Assembly (NCBI GenBank): GCA_016926555.1
Contig: JAFGOI010000013.1
Span: 44,802 to 108,801 of the forward strand
DNA: 64,000 nucleotides
Source: Patescibacteria group bacterium
GTDB taxonomy: Bacteria > Patescibacteriota > WWE3 > UBA101185 > UBA10185
Direction of reading: 5' to 3'
Positions 45,572 to 54,523 of the stretch are shown in pieces. Under the pieces are notes generated by a model, which saw nothing but the letters and a program-made list of their open reading frames with translations, did no database searches and was not told the DNA's origin. Position 1 is the stretch's first letter; each line of letters begins with the position of its first letter. Made by a program: the position numbers and the translations under genes.

Positions 45572-45814
45572 TTATGAAATATCAAATACGTCTTTAGGGC
45601 ATATGTTTTTAATTTTTTCAACATTTTGAGATTCTATACGCGGGTCAATATCTACAGAAAAGGTAGGTTTGTTTGAGTTCATCCTGAAATCTTTTAATAT
45701 TCTAATTAGCGCCTCTTCCAGGCCGATTTTTCCGGCTTGTCTTTGTGTTTCCAATACACACAGTTCGCACCCGTTGCAATTTTGGCTTCTGCTGGCTTGT
45801 ATATTTTTAGTCAT
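45572..45814 (-). CDS. small ferredoxin-like protein (CxxCxxC...CP)
   Basis: 80-aa ORF with CNGCELC...CP, the spacing of a single [4Fe-4S]-binding motif. It lies between pgk and the AOR-like gene. Confidence 0.4.
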   Translation of the reverse strand: MTKNIQASRSQNCNGCELCVLETQRQAGKIGLEEALIRILKDFRMNSNKPTFSVDIDPRIESQNVEKIKNICPKDVFDIS

Positions 45815-45817
45815 AAC

Positions 45818-46789
45818 TTAGTTAAGAGCTTCTAATCCGATTAATGTCCCTTCAGCAAGGAATTTTAACATCGCACTTCCTCCTGAAGAAATAAAACTTA
45901 TACTATCTCGCACCCCTGCTTTTTCAATGCATGCTAGTGTATCACCCCCACCAACGACTGAAAACGCGTTATTGTCCTTTGTTGTTTTCGCAATTGCTTG
46001 TGCTATAGTCTTTGAACCCGCAAAGTACTTGTCTTCTTCATATTTTCCAAGTGGCCCCGCCCATAGAATAGTTTTTGCTTGAGATATTATTTTCGTATAT
46101 TTATCCATTGTATTATTTCCGATATCCATGGAGTTTTCAGCAGAATCAACAGGTAGCATTAAATTGTCCGGGATTTCAGTGTGCCAGTCCAAAGCTACTT
46201 TCCCTCCCAACAAAATATAATCGGCTATACCTATAAAGTTTGTTACAACGGGTTCTTTATCTTTTATTTTTGCCCCCCCAATAATGACAACAAGCGGTCT
46301 CTTAGGTTTCTTAAAAATACGTTCAAGAGTTGTAACCTCCTTCTGAAGTCTAAAACCCCCATATGACGGAAGATATTTTGTAATGCCGATAAATGAAGCG
46401 TGATTTCTATGACTGGTTGAAAAGCATTCGTTAACGTACAAATCAGCTAAGTCAGCCAAATCTTTTGCGTATTCTTCAGTATTTTCTTCTTCCCCCTTGT
46501 TGAATCTCAGATTCTCCAAAAGTTCGTAGTTTCCGCCACCGTATTTTTTATCAAAGTATGATGTTAATTGTTTGGTGGACAGATTCTTTTTGTAAACTCC
46601 CCCTGGTCTTCCCATGTGGCCGCCAATGATTGGGTGACCATTTTTTTCCAGTATGAAAGTTATTGTGTCGCTCATATTTTCGAGTCGTGTTGTGTCAATT
46701 ATAATTCCGTTTTCTATTGGGACATCAAGGTCACCCCTGACAAATACTTTTGTTCTGTTTGAAATATTAGCTTCCACAATACTTTTCAT
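45818..46789 (-). CDS. pgk: phosphoglycerate kinase (short form)
   Basis: FVRGDLDVP N-terminus, hinge and C-terminal GGGDT-type nucleotide-binding region. It is 323 aa against the usual ~395. Confidence 0.85.
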   Translation of the reverse strand: MKSIVEANISNRTKVFVRGDLDVPIENGIIIDTTRLENMSDTITFILEKNGHPIIGGHMGRPGGVYKKNLSTKQLTSYFDKKYGGGNYELLENLRFNKGEEENTEEYAKDLADLADLYVNECFSTSHRNHASFIGITKYLPSYGGFRLQKEVTTLERIFKKPKRPLVVIIGGAKIKDKEPVVTNFIGIADYILLGGKVALDWHTEIPDNLMLPVDSAENSMDIGNNTMDKYTKIISQAKTILWAGPLGKYEEDKYFAGSKTIAQAIAKTTKDNNAFSVVGGGDTLACIEKAGVRDSISFISSGGSAMLKFLAEGTLIGLEALN

Positions 46790-46825
46790 CAGGATTATTT
46801 TATCACTAATAAGCGAAGGTACATG

Positions 46826-47839
46826 TTAGCCAGATATTACTTGAGCCATATCTATAAGTCTGTGGCTGTAACCCCACTCATTATCGTACCAAGCTAGTAC
46901 TTTAACAAAGTCACCGTCAATAACTTTGGTCATGTTTAAATCAACTATGGCTGAATAAGTGGTACCTACTATATCTGAAGAGACAAGGGGTTTATCTGAG
47001 ACAGCGATGACTCCTTTATAAAACGAGTTTTCACTTGCTTCAACGAATTTCTGATTTACTTCCTCAACGGTTGTTTTTTTCTCAACTAGATATGTGGTAT
47101 CGGTTAAAGATCCGACAAGAACAGGTACTCTGATAGCTATGCCATCAAACTTATCTTTTAATTCAGGTATGACTTTTGTGGTTGCGATGGCTGCTCCGGT
47201 GGTTGTTGGAATCATGTTTGTGATTGCCGCACGGGCGCGTCTTAGATCTTTGTGAATAGGCGGAGGGAAGCCATCCACCAGATTTTGTTCCGCTGTTACT
47301 GCATGTATAGTAGTCATGGCTGATTTAATAACCTTAAAGCTTTTATGTATTACGTGTGTCACTGGAGCTACGCAGTTTGTTGTGCAGGAAGCGTTCGAGA
47401 TTGCATTTTGGCCGAGATATTGATCCTGGTTTACACCTTTCAGAAAAGTCTGTATGTCATTATTGTCTCCCTTTGTGGGGGCGGACACGATGACCCCTTT
47501 TGCCCCTGCTTCAAGATGTGCCTTAGCGGCGTTGTCCTTCACAAATCTTCCTGTGCATTCTAATACAACGTCAACTTCGTATTCTTTCCATGGCAATTTG
47601 GCCGGTTCTTTTTCTGACAGGACTACATATTTTTTACTGTCGACGATTACGTGGCTATCGTCGTAGGAAACTTCTTTTTGGTAGATCCCATAAGCCGAAT
47701 CGTATTTTAGGAGATGTGCAATTGATTCTAAATCTGAAAGGTCATTTATAGCAACAACTTCAATACCTTTATCAAGAGCTATTTTGAAACTTGCTCTTCC
47801 TATTCTTCCAAATCCATTGATGGCTATACGGACAGTCAT
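46826..47839 (-). CDS. gap: glyceraldehyde-3-phosphate dehydrogenase (type I)
   Basis: INGFGRIGR Rossmann motif and the catalytic SCTTNC. Confidence 0.95.
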   Translation of the reverse strand: MTVRIAINGFGRIGRASFKIALDKGIEVVAINDLSDLESIAHLLKYDSAYGIYQKEVSYDDSHVIVDSKKYVVLSEKEPAKLPWKEYEVDVVLECTGRFVKDNAAKAHLEAGAKGVIVSAPTKGDNNDIQTFLKGVNQDQYLGQNAISNASCTTNCVAPVTHVIHKSFKVIKSAMTTIHAVTAEQNLVDGFPPPIHKDLRRARAAITNMIPTTTGAAIATTKVIPELKDKFDGIAIRVPVLVGSLTDTTYLVEKKTTVEEVNQKFVEASENSFYKGVIAVSDKPLVSSDIVGTTYSAIVDLNMTKVIDGDFVKVLAWYDNEWGYSHRLIDMAQVISG

Positions 47840-47889
47840 ATATAAAATAATTCTAACACGTTTTTGTATAGTTTTAAGTTAGATGAAGA

Positions 47890-48156
47890 TTATGAGATAT
47901 GTGAATCTATCCAGCTCTTGAACACCTCTAGAGGCATGGCGCCCTGCTTTCTGTCGAGTTCGACCTTATCTTTTTCGATAACAAAGGTCGGGATGCTCAT
48001 GATTCCGTATGCTTCTGTTAGTGTACCATCAATTTCGACATCAACTTTTTGGAATTCAATTTTGTCTTTGTATTCTTTTTCTACAGACTCAAAGACTGGT
48101 TTCATGATCTTACAAGGACCACACCAATCAGCATAGAAGTCTAACAATTTAATCAT
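47890..48156 (-). CDS. trxA: thioredoxin
   Basis: WCGPCK active site in an 88-aa protein. Confidence 0.85.
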   Translation of the reverse strand: MIKLLDFYADWCGPCKIMKPVFESVEKEYKDKIEFQKVDVEIDGTLTEAYGIMSIPTFVIEKDKVELDRKQGAMPLEVFKSWIDSHIS

Positions 48157-48305
48157 ATCCTGCCTCCATTTGGTGGAACTTTGAAATAGTAACAGGTTCT
48201 ATAATATCATAACTTTTTGATCCGAAAAGACCTTTTAGATATATGTCTTTTTCGCTGGTATCGCGCCAATTAGTACGAAAATGTCACTATTTTTGTTTTC
48301 AATGT

Positions 48306-48869
48306 TTAGAGAGATACTACATCTCCTGTTTGGATGTTATTTTCTGTGGTCCAATTATTTGGAGCAAATAATAAATATTTAACTCTCTTTTGGGAAGCAA
48401 TCCGTGTGCAGGGATTTGTGTTGCACGGTTGTACTGAATTTTTGATATCTACTACCCTGAGATTTCTATCAATCCAGATGATATCCGTTTCCTTTGTAAA
48501 TTCGTCTGTTCCGATAACAGGTCTTTCGCTATCGTATTCAAATGATGTTAAAAGACAGACCGGTATACCTAGATAACTTTTTGAACCTGTGTAGAGTGTA
48601 TTTTCCTCAGAGTATTCCTCGTGTGTTATGTATAAGAATTTATTTTGGATCTTAATTTTTGAGTAGTCTTTGAAGTTAATATACTCTAATGCGAACAATA
48701 TTGTACTTATAGCAATCAGCAGAAATAAAACGTGTGAAATTCTTAAAGATCTTAATATTTTATTCATATTTTGATAGTATTTTATCATGCCTACTTCTCG
48801 TAAATCAGAGAAGTCCACAAAGTCTTCTTCGAAAAAGAATAATTTAAGTGTAGATAACATGACCGTCAC
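48306..48869 (-). CDS. membrane-anchored hypothetical protein
   Basis: 187-aa ORF with one TM helix and a soluble domain of unknown family. Confidence 0.35.
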   Translation of the reverse strand: MTVMLSTLKLFFFEEDFVDFSDLREVGMIKYYQNMNKILRSLRISHVLFLLIAISTILFALEYINFKDYSKIKIQNKFLYITHEEYSEENTLYTGSKSYLGIPVCLLTSFEYDSERPVIGTDEFTKETDIIWIDRNLRVVDIKNSVQPCNTNPCTRIASQKRVKYLLFAPNNWTTENNIQTGDVVSL

Positions 48870-49044
48870 AGTGATAATGATTTTATGTACATTGGTTGTA
48901 TTCGTATCGGCTTTAGTTTACGGCTATTGTTTCAAACAACTTGAAAGAGTTGACAGCTTGACTGAAGAGCCGAAACGCGCAGATATACGTTCTACTTCGA
49001 ATGTAGTTTTTGAGTGATGGGGTTGTGCATGTTATTCTTGCTTC

Positions 49045-50991
49045 GTGGTCTCTGATATTTATTCCAATTTAAATGAGCAGCAAATAGAGGCTGTAAAGCA
49101 CCTTGATGGCCCCGCTTTAGTGGTTGCAGGTCCTGGGAGCGGTAAAACGCGTGTGTTAACACACAGAGTGTGTTATTTAATACAGGAACATAATGTATCT
49201 GAATACAACATTTTGTGTGTTACTTTTACGAATAAAGCAGCAAATGAGTTAAAAGTCAGAGTAAGAAACCTTTTTTTGGGAGGGGACAAAATGCTGCCTT
49301 GGGTGGGCACTTTCCATTCCGTTTGTTCCAAGATACTTAGGCGGGAAGGCGGAAAAATAGGAATTCCGCCTTCATATGTGATTTACGATACGGACGATCA
49401 GCTGGCGTTGGTAAAGCAAATAATTAAGGATTTTGGTATAGATCCCAAAAAGTTTAATCCGAAAGCTGTTTTGATTACTATTTCCAGTGCAAAGTCAGAG
49501 TTGGTGTCTTCTTCCGAGTATTCTGCACTGGCAAAAGGCTATTTTCAAAGAACTGTATCTAAAGTATATCCAGAGTATCAAAAGAGACTCAGGTCAAATG
49601 ATGCCTTGGATTTCGATGATTTACTTGTGGAGACTATTAATTTATTTGATAGAGTATCTCCTGTCCTGGACAAGTATAGAGATATATTTAGATATATATT
49701 GGTTGACGAATATCAGGATACTAATAAAGCGCAATATGTATTAATAAGTGTTTTGGGGGGAGATAAGTCAAATGTGTATGTGGTAGGTGATATGTCACAG
49801 GCTATATATAGTTTTAGGGGGGCTGATTACAGAAATATCCTAAATTTTCAAAATGATTATCCTGGAGCTAGAGTTTATAATCTTGAAAGAAATTATAGAT
49901 CCACGCAGTATATACTAGATGCGGCGAAAAATGTTATTTCAAATAATAAAACTCATATTCCGCTAGATTTGTGGACAGAAAATGGTTTGGGCGAAAAAGT
50001 TGTGATGTTTTCCGGTTATTCGGATAAAGATGAAGTTGCGTTTGTTGTTGAGAATATAGAACAGCAGCTATTGAGTGGGAAGGCTTTTAAAGATATCGCA
50101 GTGCTTTACAGAACTAATGCTCAATCCAGAATTTTGGAGGAAGCGTTTATAAAGAGTAATATTCCGTACAAAATAATTGGAGGTGTCAGGTTTTACTCTC
50201 GTAAGGAGGTTAAAGATGTGATCGCATATTTGAGAATAGTTCACAATCCTAAAGATACGGTTTCGTGGGAGAGGATTATTAATGTACCCACGCGGGGGAT
50301 AGGTAAAAAAACCCAGGAAAAATTGAGACAAGTGAATTGGGATATTGAGACAGTAAGTGGGGTGTCTAAACTGCCGCTTAAAGCGTGGCTTGAAAGAAAA
50401 GATGAACTTAGCACATTGGAGATAATGGAGCTGGTGTTAGATGATGTTGGTTATATAGATTATCTGGACGATGGTTCGGAAGAGAATAAGTCCCGTATAG
50501 AGAATATTCATGAACTTAAGTCGGTGGCCGCTCAGTTTATTGAACTTGAGGGTTTTTTGGAAAATGTAGCTTTAATTGAAAGTTCCAATAAAGCAAATCC
50601 GGAACAGTATAATGCCGTAACCCTTATGACCATACATTCAGCTAAAGGTCTTGAGTTTCCCGTTGTATTCGTTGTTGGTATGGAAGAGGGTTTATTCCCG
50701 CATTCCCAGTCCATGGAGTCTTTAGAGGAATTAGAGGAGGAGAGACGTTTATGTTATGTCGCTATTACAAGGGCCATGGAAAAGCTTTACTTATCCCATG
50801 TTTCTTCCCGTTTGTATTTTGGGAATGTACAAGCAAATTTGCCCAGCAGATTTTTATCCGAAGTTCCTGAGGAGGTTGTGGAGATTATAAACAGACCGGG
50901 AAATCATAGTAAAATGAATAACAGGAGTTATTCTGTAGAGAGATTTCTTGATTCTCTAGATGAGAACAGCTCGAATTTTTATTGGGAGTAA
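49045..50991 (+). CDS. ATP-dependent DNA helicase, UvrD/PcrA family
   Basis: GTG start. Motif I AGPGSGKT, and motifs II-VI including DEYQDTN and VTLMTIHSAKGLEF. Confidence 0.85.
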   Translation: MVSDIYSNLNEQQIEAVKHLDGPALVVAGPGSGKTRVLTHRVCYLIQEHNVSEYNILCVTFTNKAANELKVRVRNLFLGGDKMLPWVGTFHSVCSKILRREGGKIGIPPSYVIYDTDDQLALVKQIIKDFGIDPKKFNPKAVLITISSAKSELVSSSEYSALAKGYFQRTVSKVYPEYQKRLRSNDALDFDDLLVETINLFDRVSPVLDKYRDIFRYILVDEYQDTNKAQYVLISVLGGDKSNVYVVGDMSQAIYSFRGADYRNILNFQNDYPGARVYNLERNYRSTQYILDAAKNVISNNKTHIPLDLWTENGLGEKVVMFSGYSDKDEVAFVVENIEQQLLSGKAFKDIAVLYRTNAQSRILEEAFIKSNIPYKIIGGVRFYSRKEVKDVIAYLRIVHNPKDTVSWERIINVPTRGIGKKTQEKLRQVNWDIETVSGVSKLPLKAWLERKDELSTLEIMELVLDDVGYIDYLDDGSEENKSRIENIHELKSVAAQFIELEGFLENVALIESSNKANPEQYNAVTLMTIHSAKGLEFPVVFVVGMEEGLFPHSQSMESLEELEEERRLCYVAITRAMEKLYLSHVSSRLYFGNVQANLPSRFLSEVPEEVVEIINRPGNHSKMNNRSYSVERFLDSLDENSSNFYWE

Positions 50992-51773
50992 TGCATATGT
51001 ATGAACCCATTAAGAAATTAGGACAAAATTTTCTATCGGATCCTTTATTGGCTGGAAGAATGGTTGATGCTCTCGATATTCAGGAGGGAGATGTCCTAAT
51101 AGAAGTTGGCGCTGGACATGGTTTTTTAACGGAGGAATTGTCTAATAGAATAGAAGGGATATCTGTTCAGGTATATGCTGTTGAAGTAGATAGAAGGTTT
51201 TCCGAGAAATTAGCCACCATGTTTTATGACAGATCTAATGTCCTGATTATTAATCAGGATATTCTTAGATGGCTTCCCAATTTCGTATCTGAAAAACGCA
51301 TAAAATTGTTGGGATCTCTTCCCTACTACATAACTTCTCCGATAATACATACGACTATGGAGATGAGGAAACATCCTTTTAAGTTTGTTTATCTTATGCA
51401 AAAAGAAGTTGCCCAGAAAATTTCCGCGCAAGCTCCAGATGCTTCTTACTTATCTTCATTTGCTCAGTCTTTTTATGTGGTTGAATATCTAGAGGATATA
51501 AGCAAGGAGAAGTTTGAGCCGATTCCTAAAGTTGATGGCGGAATAGTGTCTTTTACGCGAAAGGAAAAAGATTACACTAATGAATTTATTCAGAAATATG
51601 AGGGATTTCTGCATAAAGCGTTTAGCACTCCAAGGAAGATGCTTAACAAGGTTTTTACAAAACAGGAGTTGCGTCTAATTAATATAGATCCAAAATTAAG
51701 ACCGCAAAATATACAGCCCGAACAATGGCTAGACGCTTTTATAAAATTGAACCCGGAGTTTCATGAAGTATAG
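50982..51773 (+). CDS. rsmA: 16S rRNA (adenine1518/1519-N6)-dimethyltransferase
   Basis: KKLGQNFL N-terminal signature and a SAM-binding VGAGHG. The probable start is at MYEPIKK (50997). Confidence 0.85.
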   Translation: MGVMHMYEPIKKLGQNFLSDPLLAGRMVDALDIQEGDVLIEVGAGHGFLTEELSNRIEGISVQVYAVEVDRRFSEKLATMFYDRSNVLIINQDILRWLPNFVSEKRIKLLGSLPYYITSPIIHTTMEMRKHPFKFVYLMQKEVAQKISAQAPDASYLSSFAQSFYVVEYLEDISKEKFEPIPKVDGGIVSFTRKEKDYTNEFIQKYEGFLHKAFSTPRKMLNKVFTKQELRLINIDPKLRPQNIQPEQWLDAFIKLNPEFHEV

Positions 51774-52503
51774 TATTGTAATTCCCACTCTTAATGAAGA
51801 GAAATATGTCGGTATTCTTTTGGAGAGTTTGAAAAAGCAGAGTTTCAAAGATTTTGAAGTACTTGTTATTGAGGGTAATTCCAAGGATAAAACTAAGGAA
51901 GTAGTATCGCAGTTTTGTGGGCAAATTGAGAATTTGAAACTGATAGATTCTCCTAAAACAGGGGCGGCTTTTCAGAGGAATTATGGGGCGGAAAAGGCGA
52001 AATCAGATAATTTGATGTTTATGGACGCAGATATAAAATTGGATCCGGATTTTCTACAAAAGATAGATAAATATCTCAAGACAAATGATGTAGATGTTCT
52101 TACTGTTAAGAATATACCGATATCCAACAAACTAGTTGATAAATTTATATACTGGTTATTTTGTGACGTATATCTTCCTATATTTAGCAAAATAAGCCCT
52201 GTGGCCATTGGTACTTTCATATATATAAAAAGGGAAGCTTTGGAAGCTGTTGGAGGTTTTCCTGAAGATATATTTCTTGGCGAAGACTTTAATCTTGTGA
52301 GAAGTGTGCACAAAAAAGGCTATAAAAAATTTAGGATTATAAAGGATCCACCCATTTATTTTTCTGTAAGACGTCTAAATGAACAGGGGCGTTTCAAATT
52401 TGTGATGAATAACGTTAGGGGTTCGTACTATTACTTTTTCAAAGGGGGAATAAAGCGTAAGTATGCCGATAAGTTTGACTTTGAAACGGGCAAACATAAG
52501 TGA
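51763..52503 (+). CDS. family 2 glycosyltransferase
   Basis: YSIVIPTLNEEKYV N-terminus, DxD (MDAD), and the GT-A fold length. Confidence 0.7.
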   Translation: MKYSIVIPTLNEEKYVGILLESLKKQSFKDFEVLVIEGNSKDKTKEVVSQFCGQIENLKLIDSPKTGAAFQRNYGAEKAKSDNLMFMDADIKLDPDFLQKIDKYLKTNDVDVLTVKNIPISNKLVDKFIYWLFCDVYLPIFSKISPVAIGTFIYIKREALEAVGGFPEDIFLGEDFNLVRSVHKKGYKKFRIIKDPPIYFSVRRLNEQGRFKFVMNNVRGSYYYFFKGGIKRKYADKFDFETGKHK

Positions 52504-52680
52504 GAGAAAAAGCTTAAAATGACCAAGGCCCAAACGGGCCATCTTTAGAAAACTACAACTTGTATCGTTGCAGTTTCCATAGATTAGATTTTGCGTTCGG
52601 GCCTGATACTCCCCTTATTGTAAACCCCGCTCAAATTCGAGCTGGGATTATTGTAGCATATTCAGTGTTATACTCTAGCT

Positions 52681-53616
52681 ATGGATCAGCATGTGATGCA
52701 GTCTCCTCTGTGGGCGCGGTTTAAAAGTGAATATGGAACACCTGCTGTAATTTCAGAGGGCACATTGTATACGAAGCATAAGATCCCGTTTACATCTTAT
52801 TACTTTGCTTATTGTCCCAGAGTAGATCCTTTTAAGATCAAGTTTGATTCGCTTGAGAAATCACTCAAAGAGAACTCATGTGTTGCGGTACACTTTGACG
52901 TCCCAAATATTATAGAAGGAACTAAGGAGGCGGAAAAAGCCAAAAAAATATTTGAAGAAAGATGTGTTTTATCAGGCAGAAATGAGTTTGCGCGAGGGAA
53001 TTTATTGCTTGATATAACCAAAAGTGATGATGAGTTACTAGAGAATATGTATAAGAAGCATAGGTACAATATTAACTATGCTGAAAGAAAAGGAGTTGTT
53101 GTAGAAGAAGTTCAGTCGGATAGTGACTTTGATATTTTCTATTCTTTGTACAAAAAGACCGCGGAGAGGCAAGCGTATTATTTCAGAGTGAAGGGATATT
53201 TAAGTAAATTATGGGATATTTTTCATAACGAAGGTAAAGCGCACATTCTTATAGCGAAATATGATAATACTCCGTTGGCGGCATGGCTGCTTTTGGTGCA
53301 TGGAGATGTAATTTATTATCCTTATGGCGGGTCTTCGGAGGAATATAAAAATTTGCATGGGAGCTGTTTAATTGGATGGGAGACCATTAAACTGGGTAAA
53401 AAGCTTGGTTGTAAATCTCTGGATATGTGGGGTGCTGCGGAGGACCTTAATGATAAATCCGACCCGTATCACGGTTTCTCTGTATTTAAGTCCAAGTTTG
53501 GCCCCAGACATGCGACTTATTTGAACTCATATGATTTCGTAGTTAATAATGCCCTGTATAAAATGTTTATAAGAGCCAATGATTTTAGATGGAAACTTCT
53601 TAAGTTCCTGAAATGA
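52681..53616 (+). CDS. FemAB-family peptidoglycan aminoacyl/peptidyl transferase (FemX-like), paralog 1
   Basis: 311-aa ORF. YYPYGGSSEEYKNLHGS...IGWETIKLGKKLGCKSLDMWG...FSVFKSKFG matches the FemAB (PF02388-type) core pattern. Confidence 0.65.
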   Translation: MDQHVMQSPLWARFKSEYGTPAVISEGTLYTKHKIPFTSYYFAYCPRVDPFKIKFDSLEKSLKENSCVAVHFDVPNIIEGTKEAEKAKKIFEERCVLSGRNEFARGNLLLDITKSDDELLENMYKKHRYNINYAERKGVVVEEVQSDSDFDIFYSLYKKTAERQAYYFRVKGYLSKLWDIFHNEGKAHILIAKYDNTPLAAWLLLVHGDVIYYPYGGSSEEYKNLHGSCLIGWETIKLGKKLGCKSLDMWGAAEDLNDKSDPYHGFSVFKSKFGPRHATYLNSYDFVVNNALYKMFIRANDFRWKLLKFLK

Positions 53617-54506
53617 TCAAGTACCACTATATTAAGCAGAGCAAGCCTTGGGGGGAGTATCTCAGTGAATTGGGCTGGAAGTGTTTTTATACAAAAGATA
53701 ATGTGGGTGTTTATGTACTCAAGACGATTTTTGGGGGACTGGCAAAAGTTCAGCGACCATATGTATTAGACGTCAAAGTGCTTGATGAGATAGAAGTTAT
53801 ATGTAAAGAAAATAGAGCAGTATTGGTTAAAGTAGAACCCAATTTACAGCAAAATGGAAAATTGCTTTTAGAAAGGGGTTACAAATTGAGCCCGACGCCT
53901 TTAAGTCCCTCTAAATCTATGTATATGGATTTGGGAAAATCTCTAGATGGCCTTTGGAGGAATCTCTCAAGAAGTGGTAAGTATGGCGTAAACAGGGCAT
54001 TAAGGGAAGGGACAACTATATCCTGTTTTAAATATCCTAAAGAAGAAATGTTGCAAGAATACTGCGAGATCCTAAAGCAAACAGAAAGGCGGGGGAAGTT
54101 CGTTTCGCAAAATTCCAAGGAAATAAGAATACTAACGGAAGTATTTAGAGAAAAAGCCTATCTTTTTTTTGCATATACGTCCAAGGGAGCTTTAGCAGGC
54201 GCAAAGTTTTTCTTAGGTGATGAAAAAGTTATAACTTACTTAAATGGTGCGACGTCGAGGGCCGGTTTGGAATGTAAGGCCGGATATGCCCTTTTTTGGG
54301 AGGCGGTCAGATATTTTAAGCAGAATGAAGATTATAAACTTATGGATCTAGAAGGGTGTTATGATGCGCGTTATCCTCTCTTTACAAAAAACTGGGAGGG
54401 GTTTACGGAGTTTAAAATGAAATTTGGGCCCGAGGTTGTGGAGTTTCCTGGAGCTTATGTTAAATATTTTTCACCGATATTTAAGGTTTTTCTAGGTAGA
54501 TTGTGA
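53613..54506 (+). CDS. FemAB-family peptidoglycan aminoacyl/peptidyl transferase (FemX-like), paralog 2
   Basis: 297-aa ORF overlapping paralog 1 by 4 nt. YLNGATSRAG...ALFWEAVRYF...FTEFKMKFG is the same fold pattern, and it diverges from paralog 1. Confidence 0.65.
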   Translation: MIKYHYIKQSKPWGEYLSELGWKCFYTKDNVGVYVLKTIFGGLAKVQRPYVLDVKVLDEIEVICKENRAVLVKVEPNLQQNGKLLLERGYKLSPTPLSPSKSMYMDLGKSLDGLWRNLSRSGKYGVNRALREGTTISCFKYPKEEMLQEYCEILKQTERRGKFVSQNSKEIRILTEVFREKAYLFFAYTSKGALAGAKFFLGDEKVITYLNGATSRAGLECKAGYALFWEAVRYFKQNEDYKLMDLEGCYDARYPLFTKNWEGFTEFKMKFGPEVVEFPGAYVKYFSPIFKVFLGRL

Positions 54507-54523
54507 GTGTTGAGTACGCGAGT

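Noticed and set aside
48787-49017. 76-aa plus-strand ORF with a TM helix upstream of the UvrD/PcrA helicase
   Set aside because: Its first 83 nt overlap the 3' region of the minus-strand gene 48306..48869, and no clear SD precedes it. It might be a real small membrane protein, but the evidence is too thin to list as a feature.
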